Source of the DNA: Gammaproteobacteria bacterium
GTDB taxonomy: Bacteria; Pseudomonadota; Gammaproteobacteria; Xanthomonadales; Wenzhouxiangellaceae
NCBI GenBank assembly: GCA_003561495.1
Contig: PWWM01000065.1
Location: forward strand, 1-44,518
DNA: 44,518 nucleotides
Direction: 5' to 3'
Shown here piece by piece: positions 1 through 9,218 of this stretch. The position numbers and the translations under genes were made by a program. The notes below the pieces were generated by a model that was not told the origin of the DNA, made no database searches, and saw nothing but the letters and a program-made list of their open reading frames with translations. Position 1 is the stretch's first letter. Each line of letters begins with the position of its first letter.

Positions 1-445
1 CGGTCAATTCCCCGTGGCCAGCCTCAACCAGTGGGAAATCAGCGTGCTGGATGCCGAACTGGGACGTGACGACTGCCTGGCCTGGTACCGCAATCCCTCC
101 CGCGCCTCCGAAGACGCGCTGGCCGTGGCCTGGCGCAACGAAGCCGGCAACTGGCGGCGCCTATGCCCGGATTTCCTGTTCTTCCACGGGAAGGAAGATG
201 ACGTGAAAGTCTCCATCGTCGACCCGCACGGCCACCACCTGGGCGACTCCCTGGGCAAGCTGCGCGGGCTGGCCGCTTTCGCGGCCGAGTTTGGCCATTC
301 GTTTCACCGCATTGAGGCGGTGGCGAAATTGGACGATGGCACGGTGCGGGTACTTGATCTTCAGGATGAGAAAGTACGCGATGCCGTGGTATCGGCCGCG
401 GATGCCAAATCGCTATACCGCGGCGATGTTGCGGCGGATTACTGA
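1..445 (+). CDS. C-terminal part (5'-truncated by window) of probable type III restriction enzyme Res subunit / DEAD-box helicase-nuclease
   Basis: Open frame from the window edge to TGA 445. WYRNPSR...PDFLFF...IVDPHG..LGD..KLRGLA resembles the PD-(D/E)xK-type C-terminus of Res-like proteins (recognised from memory, not searched). Confidence 0.6.
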   Translation, partial: GQFPVASLNQWEISVLDAELGRDDCLAWYRNPSRASEDALAVAWRNEAGNWRRLCPDFLFFHGKEDDVKVSIVDPHGHHLGDSLGKLRGLAAFAAEFGHSFHRIEAVAKLDDGTVRVLDLQDEKVRDAVVSAADAKSLYRGDVAADY

Positions 446-490
446 AGGTTCATCCAAGGTCAAACCGGAAATGGGCGGGTTATTCTTCCT
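51..490 (+). repeat. Direct repeat copy 1 (pairs with 3774..4212)
   Basis: Manual alignment of 51-445 with 3774-4168 gives about 37 differences in 395 nt. Weaker similarity continues ~45 nt past the stop (caaggtcaaacc.gaaa.gggcg). Confidence 0.95.
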
Positions 491-644
491 GAACTCCACC
501 CTGATGGAGTACTGCGCCGGGCCGGAACGCCGGCTTGCGGTCGAGGGCTCTCTGCACCGAGCCTGAAGAACTGCCCGTGGAAAGCCTTTCCGGAGCTCGT
601 TTTATTTGCTAAGCTGGGCAAAACATACGCATATCCATATATCC

Positions 645-977
645 ATGAAACCGGAGCGTTTCTTCAAGGCGCTGGCCGACCGGACCCGGCTGCAATGTCT
701 GCTTCTTTTGAGAGATGACAGAGAGTTGTGTGTGTGCGAATTCGTCCATGCCCTGGCCCTGCCGCAGCCGCGCATTTCGCGCCACCTGGGCTCGTTGCGC
801 GACCAGGGAATCGTCAGCGACGAGCGTCGCGGCCAGTGGGTCTATTACCGGCTCAGTGCCGACCTGCCCGACTGGGCCCGCGAGGTGCTCGAAACGGTTG
901 CGCAGGTTCACTCGCTGGGTGACCTGAACGAGCGCCTGGCCAGCATGCCCAACCGCCCGCAAGTCGCCTGCGACTGA
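645..977 (+). CDS. arsR: ArsR/SmtB family As(III)-responsive repressor
   Basis: FKALADRTRL, ELCVCE metal-binding motif, ISRHL helix, RRGQWVYY. ATG at 645. First gene of the ars cluster. Confidence 0.95.
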   Translation: MKPERFFKALADRTRLQCLLLLRDDRELCVCEFVHALALPQPRISRHLGSLRDQGIVSDERRGQWVYYRLSADLPDWAREVLETVAQVHSLGDLNERLASMPNRPQVACD

Positions 978-1009
978 TTGCCACCCATTTTCCAACTGAT
1001 CGCTGTCCC

Positions 1010-1450
1010 ATGTACCGGCAAAATCCCCTGAGAGTGCTGTTTCTTTGCACCGGCAACTCCTGCCGCTCGCAGATGGCCGAGGGCTTTGCCCGCCATCTGG
1101 GCGGTGACCGTGTCGAGGTCCTGTCGGCCGGCATCGAGGCGCTCGGCAAGAACCCGCGTGCCATTGCCGCCATGGATGAAATCGATATCGACATTTCAGG
1201 CCAGGAATCGACCCGCCTGAGCGACGACATGCTCGACGGCCTGGACCTGGTGGTGACCGTCTGCGGTCATGCCGACGAGCACTGCCCGGTACTGCCGCCC
1301 GGCATCCGTCGCGTTCACTGGCCGCTGCCGGATCCGGCGAAAGCCACCGGCACGGAAGAACAGATCAAGACGGAGTTTCGTGCCGTGCGCGACGACATTC
1401 GCCGGCGCGTCGAAGCGCTGCTGGAAAAGGAACTGGACGAACAACCATGA
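1010..1450 (+). CDS. arsC: Arsenate reductase, thioredoxin-coupled LMWP type
   Basis: P-loop LFLCTGNSCRSQMAEG, TVCGHADEHCP and HWPLPDPA motifs. Confidence 0.95.
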   Translation: MYRQNPLRVLFLCTGNSCRSQMAEGFARHLGGDRVEVLSAGIEALGKNPRAIAAMDEIDIDISGQESTRLSDDMLDGLDLVVTVCGHADEHCPVLPPGIRRVHWPLPDPAKATGTEEQIKTEFRAVRDDIRRRVEALLEKELDEQP

Positions 1451-2541
1451 CCGATACTGCCCATCACGACACAGCAAGCGATCAGGCGCCCGATGTGCGC
1501 AAGGGCATGGGGCTGTTCGAGCGCTACCTGTCGGTGTGGGTGGCCATCGCCATCGTCATCGGCGTTGCCGTGGGTCAGTTTCTTCCGGCCGTGCCCGAGA
1601 CCCTGTCGCGTTTCGAGTATGCCAATGTCTCCATCCCGGTCGCCATCCTGATCTGGGCGATGATCTTCCCGATGATGGTGCAGATCGACTTTGGCGCCAT
1701 CGTCGGGGTGCGCCGTCAACCCAAGGGGCTGGTGGTCACCACCACGGTCAACTGGCTGATCAAGCCGTTTTCCATGTTCGCCATCGCCTGGTTTTTCCTG
1801 ATCGTGGTGTTCGAACCGCTCATCCCCGAGCACCTGGCGCGCGAGTACCTGGCCGGTGCCATCCTGCTGGGGGCGGCACCCTGTACGGCCATGGTGTTCG
1901 TCTGGAGCTACCTGACCCGCGGCGATGCCGCCTACACCCTGGTGCAGGTCGCGCTCAATGATCTGATCATGCTGTTCGCCTTCGCGCCCATCGTCGTCTT
2001 CCTGCTCGGCATTTCCGACATCACCGTGCCGTGGGACACGGTGGCGCTGTCGGTGCTGCTCTACATCGTCATTCCTCTGGGCGCCGGTTACGCCACGCGC
2101 GTGTGGCTGATCAAAAAACGCGGCATCGAGTGGTTCGACAACGTGTTCATGAAGCGTATCGGGCCGGTCACGCCCATCGGCCTGATCATCACCCTGGTAC
2201 TGCTGTTCGCCTTCCAGGGCGAGGTGATCCTCGACAATCCGCTGCATATCCTGCTGATTGCCATCCCGCTGATCATCCAGACGGTGCTGATCTTCTTCAT
2301 CGCCTACGGCTGGGCCAAGGCCTGGAAGATTCCGCACAACGTGGCCGCCCCTGGTGCGATGATCGGTGCGAGTAACTTCTTCGAGCTGGCGGTGGCCGCT
2401 GCCATCGCGATCTTCGGCCTCCAGTCCGGCGCGGCGCTGGCGACCGTGGTCGGTGTGCTGGTCGAGGTGCCGCTGATGCTCTGGCTGGTGCGCATCGCCA
2501 ACCGCACCCGTCACAAGTTCCCTCAGGCCCAGGGGGCATGA
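1447..2541 (+). CDS. acr3: ACR3-family arsenite efflux transporter
   Basis: LFERYLSVWV, NWLIKPFSM, APCTAMVFVWS, GASNFFELAVA, GVLVEVP motifs. About 10 TM segments. Overlaps the arsC stop (ATGA). Confidence 0.95.
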   Translation: MTDTAHHDTASDQAPDVRKGMGLFERYLSVWVAIAIVIGVAVGQFLPAVPETLSRFEYANVSIPVAILIWAMIFPMMVQIDFGAIVGVRRQPKGLVVTTTVNWLIKPFSMFAIAWFFLIVVFEPLIPEHLAREYLAGAILLGAAPCTAMVFVWSYLTRGDAAYTLVQVALNDLIMLFAFAPIVVFLLGISDITVPWDTVALSVLLYIVIPLGAGYATRVWLIKKRGIEWFDNVFMKRIGPVTPIGLIITLVLLFAFQGEVILDNPLHILLIAIPLIIQTVLIFFIAYGWAKAWKIPHNVAAPGAMIGASNFFELAVAAAIAIFGLQSGAALATVVGVLVEVPLMLWLVRIANRTRHKFPQAQGA

Positions 2542-2545
2542 GCGG

Positions 2546-2881
2546 TTGCGTGCCGGACATGACATCCGCATCGCGCCCGAGGCCCGGCGCTGGCTAGAAC
2601 AGCGCAGTGGCGAAGTCATTGTGCGCCCGTCGCCGCGCCACGGCTGCTGCGGCGGCATGGCCGAAGTGCCGGTGGCCGAGGCGCGTCGGCCCAAGCGGCC
2701 GGAGGATTACGATGTCTTCCATGTCGATGGTATGCGCGTGTACCTTGCGCGCACCCTTGAAGTCGCCGGCCCGATCGAACTGAGACTGGAAACGCTGATG
2801 GGCTTCGGCCGTCTTTTTGTCGAAGTCGACTTGCCGGCCCCCGGTGTGGCCAATGACCAACAGGAGCCCCATGATGTTTGA
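2546..2881 (+). CDS. Small CC-motif (CC/Se-motif, HesB-like) protein
   Basis: RHGCCGG followed by VDGMRVYL. TTG start preceded by AGGGGG. Lies within the ars operon. Start position uncertain. Confidence 0.7.
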   Translation: MRAGHDIRIAPEARRWLEQRSGEVIVRPSPRHGCCGGMAEVPVAEARRPKRPEDYDVFHVDGMRVYLARTLEVAGPIELRLETLMGFGRLFVEVDLPAPGVANDQQEPHDV

Positions 2882-3674
2882 ACACGTGCTGGTTGCGATC
2901 GATTTTTCACCGGCCTGGCCCAGGGTGCGGCAGCGCCTCGAGGCGCTTGGCAAGCTGGGCGTGGCGCGGGCCACGCTGGTCTATGTCATGAGCAGCCGCT
3001 ACCCGGCCGCGCCCGAGGAGCGTCATCGTGCGCACTACGAGAATCGGCTGGCCGAGGAAGCCGCCAGCCTGGCTGAGATCGGGATGGAGTGCGATTTTCG
3101 CATTGCCGTGGGCGAACCGGGCCGTGAACTGGTGCGCGCCGCGGAGAAGGCCGGCGCCGACCTGTTGCTGCTCGGTGATCGCGGCCATGGCAAGGTGCAC
3201 GACTTCCTGGTTGGATCCACGGCGCTGGACACGGCGCGCCTGACCACGTTGCCTGTGTGGCTCGAGCCGGTTCACGGGGCGTTCGTCGCAGGCAATGATG
3301 TCCTGCTACTGGCCACCGATGGATCAGCGAATGCCGCCGCGGCCGAAGAGGTCACGGAGAAGCTGGCCCCGCGGTTCGCTCGTCGCGTTGCCCTGACCGC
3401 CTGCTGCGCCACCGAAAACGAAAGCTGCGAGAGGTCGGATGCCGAATCCCACCTGACTACACTGGCCGGTCGTATCGAGGGCCTGGAGACGCGCATCGAG
3501 TCGGCCGACCCGCGCGATGCCATCGTCGCCCTGGCCGGCGAATTGCCGGCGGACCTGACCGTGGTTGGCAAGCGTGGGCGCAATGCCATGAGCGAGTTGC
3601 TGCTGGGCAGCACGGCCGAAGCCGTCTGCCGCCGGGTGCACCGCCCCGTCCTGCTGGTTCCCGCGGGGGTGTGA
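2871..3674 (+). CDS. Universal stress protein (tandem USP domains)
   Basis: FEHVLVAIDFS, ADLLLLGDRGHG..FLVGST, DLTVVGKRG..LLLGSTAEAV. CAGGAG RBS before ATG 2871. Confidence 0.9.
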   Translation: MMFEHVLVAIDFSPAWPRVRQRLEALGKLGVARATLVYVMSSRYPAAPEERHRAHYENRLAEEAASLAEIGMECDFRIAVGEPGRELVRAAEKAGADLLLLGDRGHGKVHDFLVGSTALDTARLTTLPVWLEPVHGAFVAGNDVLLLATDGSANAAAAEEVTEKLAPRFARRVALTACCATENESCERSDAESHLTTLAGRIEGLETRIESADPRDAIVALAGELPADLTVVGKRGRNAMSELLLGSTAEAVCRRVHRPVLLVPAGV

Positions 3675-3773
3675 CCAAGGCATGACGATCAGCACTGGAG
3701 TGCGGCGGGCTGCTCGGTTAGTCTGAGAGTCGTTGCCGCCACCCGGTTCGAGGGGAACGCCATGTGCCGCAGC

Positions 3774-4168
3774 ATGCCGAACTGGGACGTGACGACTGTC
3801 TGGCCTGGTACCGCAACCCCTCCCGGGCCTCCGAAGACGCGCTGGCCGTCGCTTGGCGGGACGAAGCGGGCAACTGGCGGCGCCTATGCCCGGACTTCCT
3901 GTTCTTCCACGGAAAGAAAGACGACCTGAAAGTCTCCATCGTCGACCCGCACGGCCACCACCTGGGTGACGCCTTAAGCAAACTGCGCGGCCTGGCTGCT
4001 TTCGCGGCCGAGTATGGCCAGTCGTTTCACCGCATCGAGGCGGTGGCCAAATTGGACGATGGCACATCGCGGGTGCTGGATCTTCAGGATGAGAAAGTAC
4101 GCGATGCCGTGGCATCGGCTGCCGATGCCAAATCGCTATATCGCAGCGATGTTGCGGCGGACTATTGA
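3774..4168 (+). pseudogene. 5'-truncated remnant of the same Res-like gene (direct repeat copy 2)
   Basis: ~90% identical to 51-445. Homology starts abruptly at 3774 with unrelated sequence upstream. Confidence 0.85.
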
Positions 4169-4237
4169 ATATCGATGCAAGGTCAAACCAGAAAGGGGCG
4201 TTGATACTTCCCGAAAGAGCCGAAGTCCCAGGGTTGC

Positions 4238-7186
4238 CTACCCGGCAATGTCCGCGCCCCGGCCAGCGACCCGCACCTGATCGCGACCGCCTTCCTTGGC
4301 CAGGTACAGGGCCTGGTCAGCGGCTCTTAGCAGGCTAATGGAGTTGTCTGCCTCGGGCTGCGGGATGGTGGCGGCAACGCCGGCAGACACGGTGACCACC
4401 TCGGCTGCATCCGAGGCGCCATGCGGAATGGCCAGGTCGGCCACGCGCCGTCGCATCATTTCGGCAACGGACCGGGCCCCTTCTTCGTCACTGTCCGGGA
4501 GCACGGCCAGGAATTCCTCGCCACCGTATCGGGCAAGCAAATCGCCGGTTCGCTGCAGGCACTGGTCCAGGGTCTCGGCAATCTTGCGCAGGCAGGCATC
4601 GCCGGACAGGTGGCCATGCAGATCGTTGTATTCCTTGAAGCAGTCAATGTCGATCAGGATCAGTCCCAGGGATTCATTACGGCGCCCGGCCCGTGCCCAC
4701 TCGCGTTTGAGCGTTTCCTCCAGGTGCCTGCGGTTGGCCATGCCGGTCAGTTCATCAACGCGCGCCAGTTCGCTGAGTTTGCGGTTGGCCGCCTCCAGCG
4801 CCTCGGTGCGTTCACTGACCAGTTCAGCCAGGCGCTGTTCATGCAGGCGCATGCGCCACAGGCGCAAACTGAATAGCGCGGCGATCAGTGCGCTGGCCAC
4901 CAGTGCGATCAGCACGGGGAACCACGGCGTCTGGGTAAAGCGGGCCTGTGAATTGAGCTGTAACGTGGCGCCTTGCGGGTTCCAGACCCCGTCACTGTTT
5001 GCCGCGGTCACCTCGAAGTCATGCCGACCCGGCTGCAGGTTGCTGAAATAGGCCACCCGACGGGTGCCCGCTTCAACCCATGGGCCAGTTTCGCCCAGCC
5101 GGTAGCGAAAGCTGACCCGATCCGGGACTGAAAAGCTCAGCCCGGTGTAGTGGATCTCGATGCTGCTCGTGCCGGCTGGAATATCCATCACATCTTCGGC
5201 GGCATGGGGCTGGCCATCCATCACGACTTTCTCGACGATCACGGGTGGCGGCAGGGGGTTGCGGGCAATGCTTTCCGGATGCAGACGCACCATGCCGTCG
5301 ATGGTCGGAAACCATAGCTTTCCGCCGGCCGCCTTGAGACCGGCCGGCTGGCTGCCGCCGGTGGTCTCCACCGTGAGCATGCCGTCGTCGGCGCCAATGA
5401 CCAAAGCATTGACTGAGTCGATTTCCCCGCCCACCACGGCCTCGAGTTCGGAAATGACAAGTCCTTGAATGCCACGGTTGCCACTGAGCCAGAAGTGCCC
5501 CAGTCCATCATCGATGATGAACGAGACCACTACGTCCTCGAGCCCGTGTTCGGGAGTGAAATGAAACAGGTGCTCCCCGTCATGGCGGAACAGCCCGTTG
5601 CCGTAGGTGCCGAACCAGGTGATGCCGTCGCCTCCGTGATGGATGGCTCTGACCTGCGTGAGCCGGTCATCTTCCAGCCGCACCATGCCTGACTCCGGAT
5701 CGCCATGGTCAACGCCTTTGGTGCGTGCCAGCCATAGTCGCCCATCAGGACCTTCGGAAATGTAGTTGACCGGCTCCGTTCCGGCCTGTTCAACGGCATG
5801 GAAGCTGTCCGAGGCCGGGTCGTGGCGAAGCAAGCCGCCGCTGGTTCCGGCCCAGATGTCGCCATCCGAATGCTGGAAGATCGACAATACGATGCGGTGA
5901 CGTTCGGGCACATCGATCGGCACAAATTCATTACCGCGCAATCGGTGCATTCCGGCGCCACCGTAGGACCCGGCCCACAGGCGATTGTCGTCATCGACAA
6001 GCAACGAAAAAACGCAGCCGTTGGTCAGGCCTTCGGGCTCGTCCAGAATCTCCCGGATTCCGTCCCTGAAGTGGGCAACCCCGCCGCAATTCAGTCCCAG
6101 CCACAGCCCACCTTCTGGATGCTTCACCATCGTCGTCACTGCCGTGGAGTCCAGCCCCCAGTCGGAAAGCCGGTAGGCTTTGGCCTTGCCGGGACGAAGT
6201 TGCCCCATGCCGCCGCCGTCGGTGCCGTACCAGATATGACCTTCGCGGTCTTCGTAAAGGGCGCTGAAGCGCTTGTCGACCACGCCGACTTCCCGCCCGA
6301 AACGGCGGATGTCGTCGCCCTGAATACGATACAGCCCGTCGCGAGCAACGGTGGCCCACAGTGCGCCGTGCCGGTCCCTGATCAGGTTACGAACCGGCCG
6401 GACATCGATGTCTCCTTCAGGTATCGGTAGAAATCTCCTGCTGTCGTCGGCGGCCAGATGCAAAAGCCCATAATCACTGGCGACGTAGAGACCGCCGGCC
6501 TGGTCATCAAGCATTCGGTAAATGGAGCCATCGATGAGCCCCGGGCGATCCACGGCCTTGAACCCCTCGTCGAGCTGATCGATTCGCGCGACGGCCAGTC
6601 CGGAGGCCGTACCCACGTAAATGCGACCGTCGTCCATGGACAGGACATTCCCGGCCGCGCCTTCGGGCAGCCCGTGGGCGCTGTCAAAGTGGCGCACCGT
6701 GCGTTCGTCATCAATCAGGTACAGGCCGCGGCTGGTACCGATCCACAACCCGTGCATATCACGCTGGACACTGCCAACTTGGCCTTTGATGTCCAGCGCC
6801 TCGAGAGGGAAGGGGCTGGCGGCTTTGCCGTCGTGAAATACCAGCCCGTCGTGTTCGCCGGCGATCCAGAATCCGTCCTCGTCGCTACCGACAATCCTCA
6901 GGCGTCGGCCCGGCATCTGATCATCGGGGGTGCGCACGAAGCGTACACCGTCGAATCGGCTCAGACCGTCAAAAGTCGCCAGCCACAAATAGCCACGGGA
7001 ATCCTGGAAGATGCCGTTGACCGAATTCTGCGGCAGACCGGAACGAGTGTCCCAGGACGAGTGGATCAGCTCGACCGGTTCGGTCTGGCCGCCTGAGGCT
7101 GACCATGCATCGAATGCAGCCAGCAGCAGGAACAGCGCCACCCATGATGGAAAGGCTCTGCGTTTCACCCCTTGATTCTTGCTCAA
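4238..7186 (-). CDS. Diguanylate cyclase with periplasmic two-component-regulator beta-propeller and Y_Y_Y domains
   Basis: Signal peptide, GLPQNSVNGIFQDSRGYLWLAT repeats, FRYRL..YFSNLQPGRHDFEV (Y_Y_Y), one TM, DELTG, DIDCFKEYND, RTGD I-site and ARYGGEEF. Confidence 0.93.
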   Translation of the reverse strand: MSKNQGVKRRAFPSWVALFLLLAAFDAWSASGGQTEPVELIHSSWDTRSGLPQNSVNGIFQDSRGYLWLATFDGLSRFDGVRFVRTPDDQMPGRRLRIVGSDEDGFWIAGEHDGLVFHDGKAASPFPLEALDIKGQVGSVQRDMHGLWIGTSRGLYLIDDERTVRHFDSAHGLPEGAAGNVLSMDDGRIYVGTASGLAVARIDQLDEGFKAVDRPGLIDGSIYRMLDDQAGGLYVASDYGLLHLAADDSRRFLPIPEGDIDVRPVRNLIRDRHGALWATVARDGLYRIQGDDIRRFGREVGVVDKRFSALYEDREGHIWYGTDGGGMGQLRPGKAKAYRLSDWGLDSTAVTTMVKHPEGGLWLGLNCGGVAHFRDGIREILDEPEGLTNGCVFSLLVDDDNRLWAGSYGGAGMHRLRGNEFVPIDVPERHRIVLSIFQHSDGDIWAGTSGGLLRHDPASDSFHAVEQAGTEPVNYISEGPDGRLWLARTKGVDHGDPESGMVRLEDDRLTQVRAIHHGGDGITWFGTYGNGLFRHDGEHLFHFTPEHGLEDVVVSFIIDDGLGHFWLSGNRGIQGLVISELEAVVGGEIDSVNALVIGADDGMLTVETTGGSQPAGLKAAGGKLWFPTIDGMVRLHPESIARNPLPPPVIVEKVVMDGQPHAAEDVMDIPAGTSSIEIHYTGLSFSVPDRVSFRYRLGETGPWVEAGTRRVAYFSNLQPGRHDFEVTAANSDGVWNPQGATLQLNSQARFTQTPWFPVLIALVASALIAALFSLRLWRMRLHEQRLAELVSERTEALEAANRKLSELARVDELTGMANRRHLEETLKREWARAGRRNESLGLILIDIDCFKEYNDLHGHLSGDACLRKIAETLDQCLQRTGDLLARYGGEEFLAVLPDSDEEGARSVAEMMRRRVADLAIPHGASDAAEVVTVSAGVAATIPQPEADNSISLLRAADQALYLAKEGGRDQVRVAGRGADIAG

Positions 7187-7308
7187 AAGTCAGGATGTTA
7201 GCACGCTTGTGTCCAGCATTTATTGAAGAACCCCTCGCCTTTCCAACAGACCGTTTACGTAGCCAACACCAAACCCCAACCAACCCGTGTCGACATCCGA
7301 TACCTCGT

Positions 7309-7380
7309 CCGTCGGGGGTGTCACCCCGACCTGCAAGACCTCGGCACCCGAAATGTAGGTCGGCCTGACACGGCCGACGG
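7309..7380. repeat. Inverted REP-like doublet (REPIN-like)
   Basis: ccgtcgggggtgtcaccccgacctgca (7309-7335) faces tgtaggtcggcctgacacggccgacgg (7354-7380). Each has a GTAG/GCAG head followed by a short palindrome. Intergenic. Confidence 0.7.
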
Positions 7381-7393
7381 GCAACTTTCGGTT

Positions 7394-8161
7394 TCAGGGA
7401 ATGGAAATCTGGCTTTCAGCCTTTTCACCACCACTTTCCCGCCACTCCAGCTCGAGATCGCCCTCCAGTCCGGCCGCAACGTGAAAGCGAAGGTATGGAT
7501 GGGCCGCAATGGCCGGGTGAAAACGGGCATGCAGCACTTGCTCGCCTTCCAGACTGACATCCAGTTGTTTGACGATGCGGCGTGGAATGGCCTGGCCTTG
7601 CGGGTCTTCTCTAAATCCCGTTTCCATGGGATGGCGAATCATGGCGCGGATTTCTGAGGGTCGGTCGGCGCGAAAGCGCGACGGGCCGCGCACGCGAGCC
7701 AGCATGAAGTCATCGTCCAGGCTACCCGTGCCCTCGACCAGGCAGCCGCTGACCGTGACCCGAACATCACGCACACCGGCCAGCCAGCGATCATCGGCCG
7801 TACGCGCCAGTGCAAACACCTGTTGGCTGCGGTCCAGGCGGATGCGGGTTTCCAGGTCCAGCGGGCCGGCGGCCGGGCCGAACTGGAATTCGGCCAATTC
7901 GGGGGCGGGATTACCGGTGGTGAACAGGTACAAGGCTTCGATGACGGTATCCGAGTGTCGGCGACGGTCCAGACTGACCTTCAGCGTGACCGAGGAACCA
8001 TCCTGGGTGACCGCGGGCAAGTCCAGCGCCAGCACGCCGACTTCGGGTTTGCTTTCGCCGAGCAATTCACGGGCCGGATCGATGCGCTCCCACGGTCCCG
8101 ATCCCGCCTGGACGAGGGTGGGCAGGCATAGCGCTGCAATAAATAAGAGTCTAAGCATCAT
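7394..8161 (-). CDS. Fused SoxY-SoxZ-like sulfur carrier protein
   Basis: Signal peptide. SoxY-like half (DGSSV..GNPAP..ETRIRL..VRVTVSGC) followed by SoxZ-like half (IRHPMETGFRED, AIAAHPYLRF). Confidence 0.85.
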   Translation of the reverse strand: MMLRLLFIAALCLPTLVQAGSGPWERIDPARELLGESKPEVGVLALDLPAVTQDGSSVTLKVSLDRRRHSDTVIEALYLFTTGNPAPELAEFQFGPAAGPLDLETRIRLDRSQQVFALARTADDRWLAGVRDVRVTVSGCLVEGTGSLDDDFMLARVRGPSRFRADRPSEIRAMIRHPMETGFREDPQGQAIPRRIVKQLDVSLEGEQVLHARFHPAIAAHPYLRFHVAAGLEGDLELEWRESGGEKAESQISIP

Positions 8162-8169
8162 ATGAATCT

Positions 8170-9216
8170 TCAGTCTGCCAGCTTGATCGGCCCGTGAACG
8201 GTCAGACGAGCACCCAACAGGATACCGGCTGCCGCGAGAAACGATGACAACGCCAGGGTCGACAGTCCGCTCAGGCCCTGGCCGATGGAACAGCCCAGCG
8301 CCAGAACGCCGCCGACACCCATCAACACGCCACCCAGCATGGCGCGCACCAATTGGCCGGGTTTCTCGAATCCACGCAATTCCAGTCGGCCTCGCAGCAG
8401 AGCGGCCAAAAAGGCGCCGGCCAGCACGCCGGCCACCACCGCGACGCCGAAGTCCACGCGCATGCCGGTGGCCAGCATCAGGTACTGGATGGCATCGCCG
8501 ACCGGGGCGACGAAACTCAGGCTTTGCAGCGGCGCCGGATCGAAATCATCGGCGGCCAGATGGCCGGTCAGAAACCAGCCGCCAGCGATGACCAGGCCGA
8601 TGGCGGCCACTGCAATCAATTCTGCACGGGCGCGATGAAAATCGGCAATGCGCAGGGCAATCAGTATCAACAACCCGCCCAGCAGCAGCGCAGGAATCAG
8701 CCGCGCCAGAGTCTCTGCCAATCCCACTGAGCTTAGCCATTCGGCCAGACCCGGCGGGGTACCAAAGCTGATGGTGGTGGCTTCGGCCACTGCAACCCGC
8801 ACCGGCGCCAGAACCCCGCCCATGGCGGCGTGGGCGGCGATGCCCAGACACAGCAGCACCACCAGCGAGCGCAGATTACCTTCGCCCAGCAACACCAACG
8901 CGCGTGCACCGCAGCCGCGCGCCAGCATCATGCCGTATCCGAACAACACGCCGCCCAGCGGCACCAGCAACCAGGAAAAGCTCGCCTGCAAATAAAGCGA
9001 TCGCGCCGGCTCGACCAGGCCGGCAACGGCCAGGATCTGGGTGGCCAGGATGGCCACCGCCAGGGCAAGCGCAAACCCGCCGATCCGGCGCATTTGTCCT
9101 TTTGACCACCACTCGCGCAAGCCGCCGGTCAGGCAGAAGGCGGTGGCCTGGGCGAGCACGCCGAACACAACACCCAGGGCCAGCCCGCCCCACATGACCA
9201 TGGCCTGGGCGGACAC
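8170..9216 (-). CDS. YeeE/YedE family sulfur-compound transporter
   Basis: Multi-TM with the conserved Cys motifs AFCLTG, LFGYGMMLARGC and GVLALGCSIGQGLSG. Confidence 0.9.
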   Translation of the reverse strand: MSAQAMVMWGGLALGVVFGVLAQATAFCLTGGLREWWSKGQMRRIGGFALALAVAILATQILAVAGLVEPARSLYLQASFSWLLVPLGGVLFGYGMMLARGCGARALVLLGEGNLRSLVVLLCLGIAAHAAMGGVLAPVRVAVAEATTISFGTPPGLAEWLSSVGLAETLARLIPALLLGGLLILIALRIADFHRARAELIAVAAIGLVIAGGWFLTGHLAADDFDPAPLQSLSFVAPVGDAIQYLMLATGMRVDFGVAVVAGVLAGAFLAALLRGRLELRGFEKPGQLVRAMLGGVLMGVGGVLALGCSIGQGLSGLSTLALSSFLAAAGILLGARLTVHGPIKLAD

Positions 9217-9218
9217 GC

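Noticed and set aside
2645-2650. Selenocysteine in the CC/Se-motif protein
   Set aside because: Both codons are TGC and there is no in-frame TGA.
51-4212. Repeat pair as a diversity-generating retroelement TR/VR, or as IS ends of a composite transposon
   Set aside because: Differences are mostly synonymous third-position changes rather than adenine-specific. No reverse transcriptase, transposase or terminal inverted repeats are in the window.
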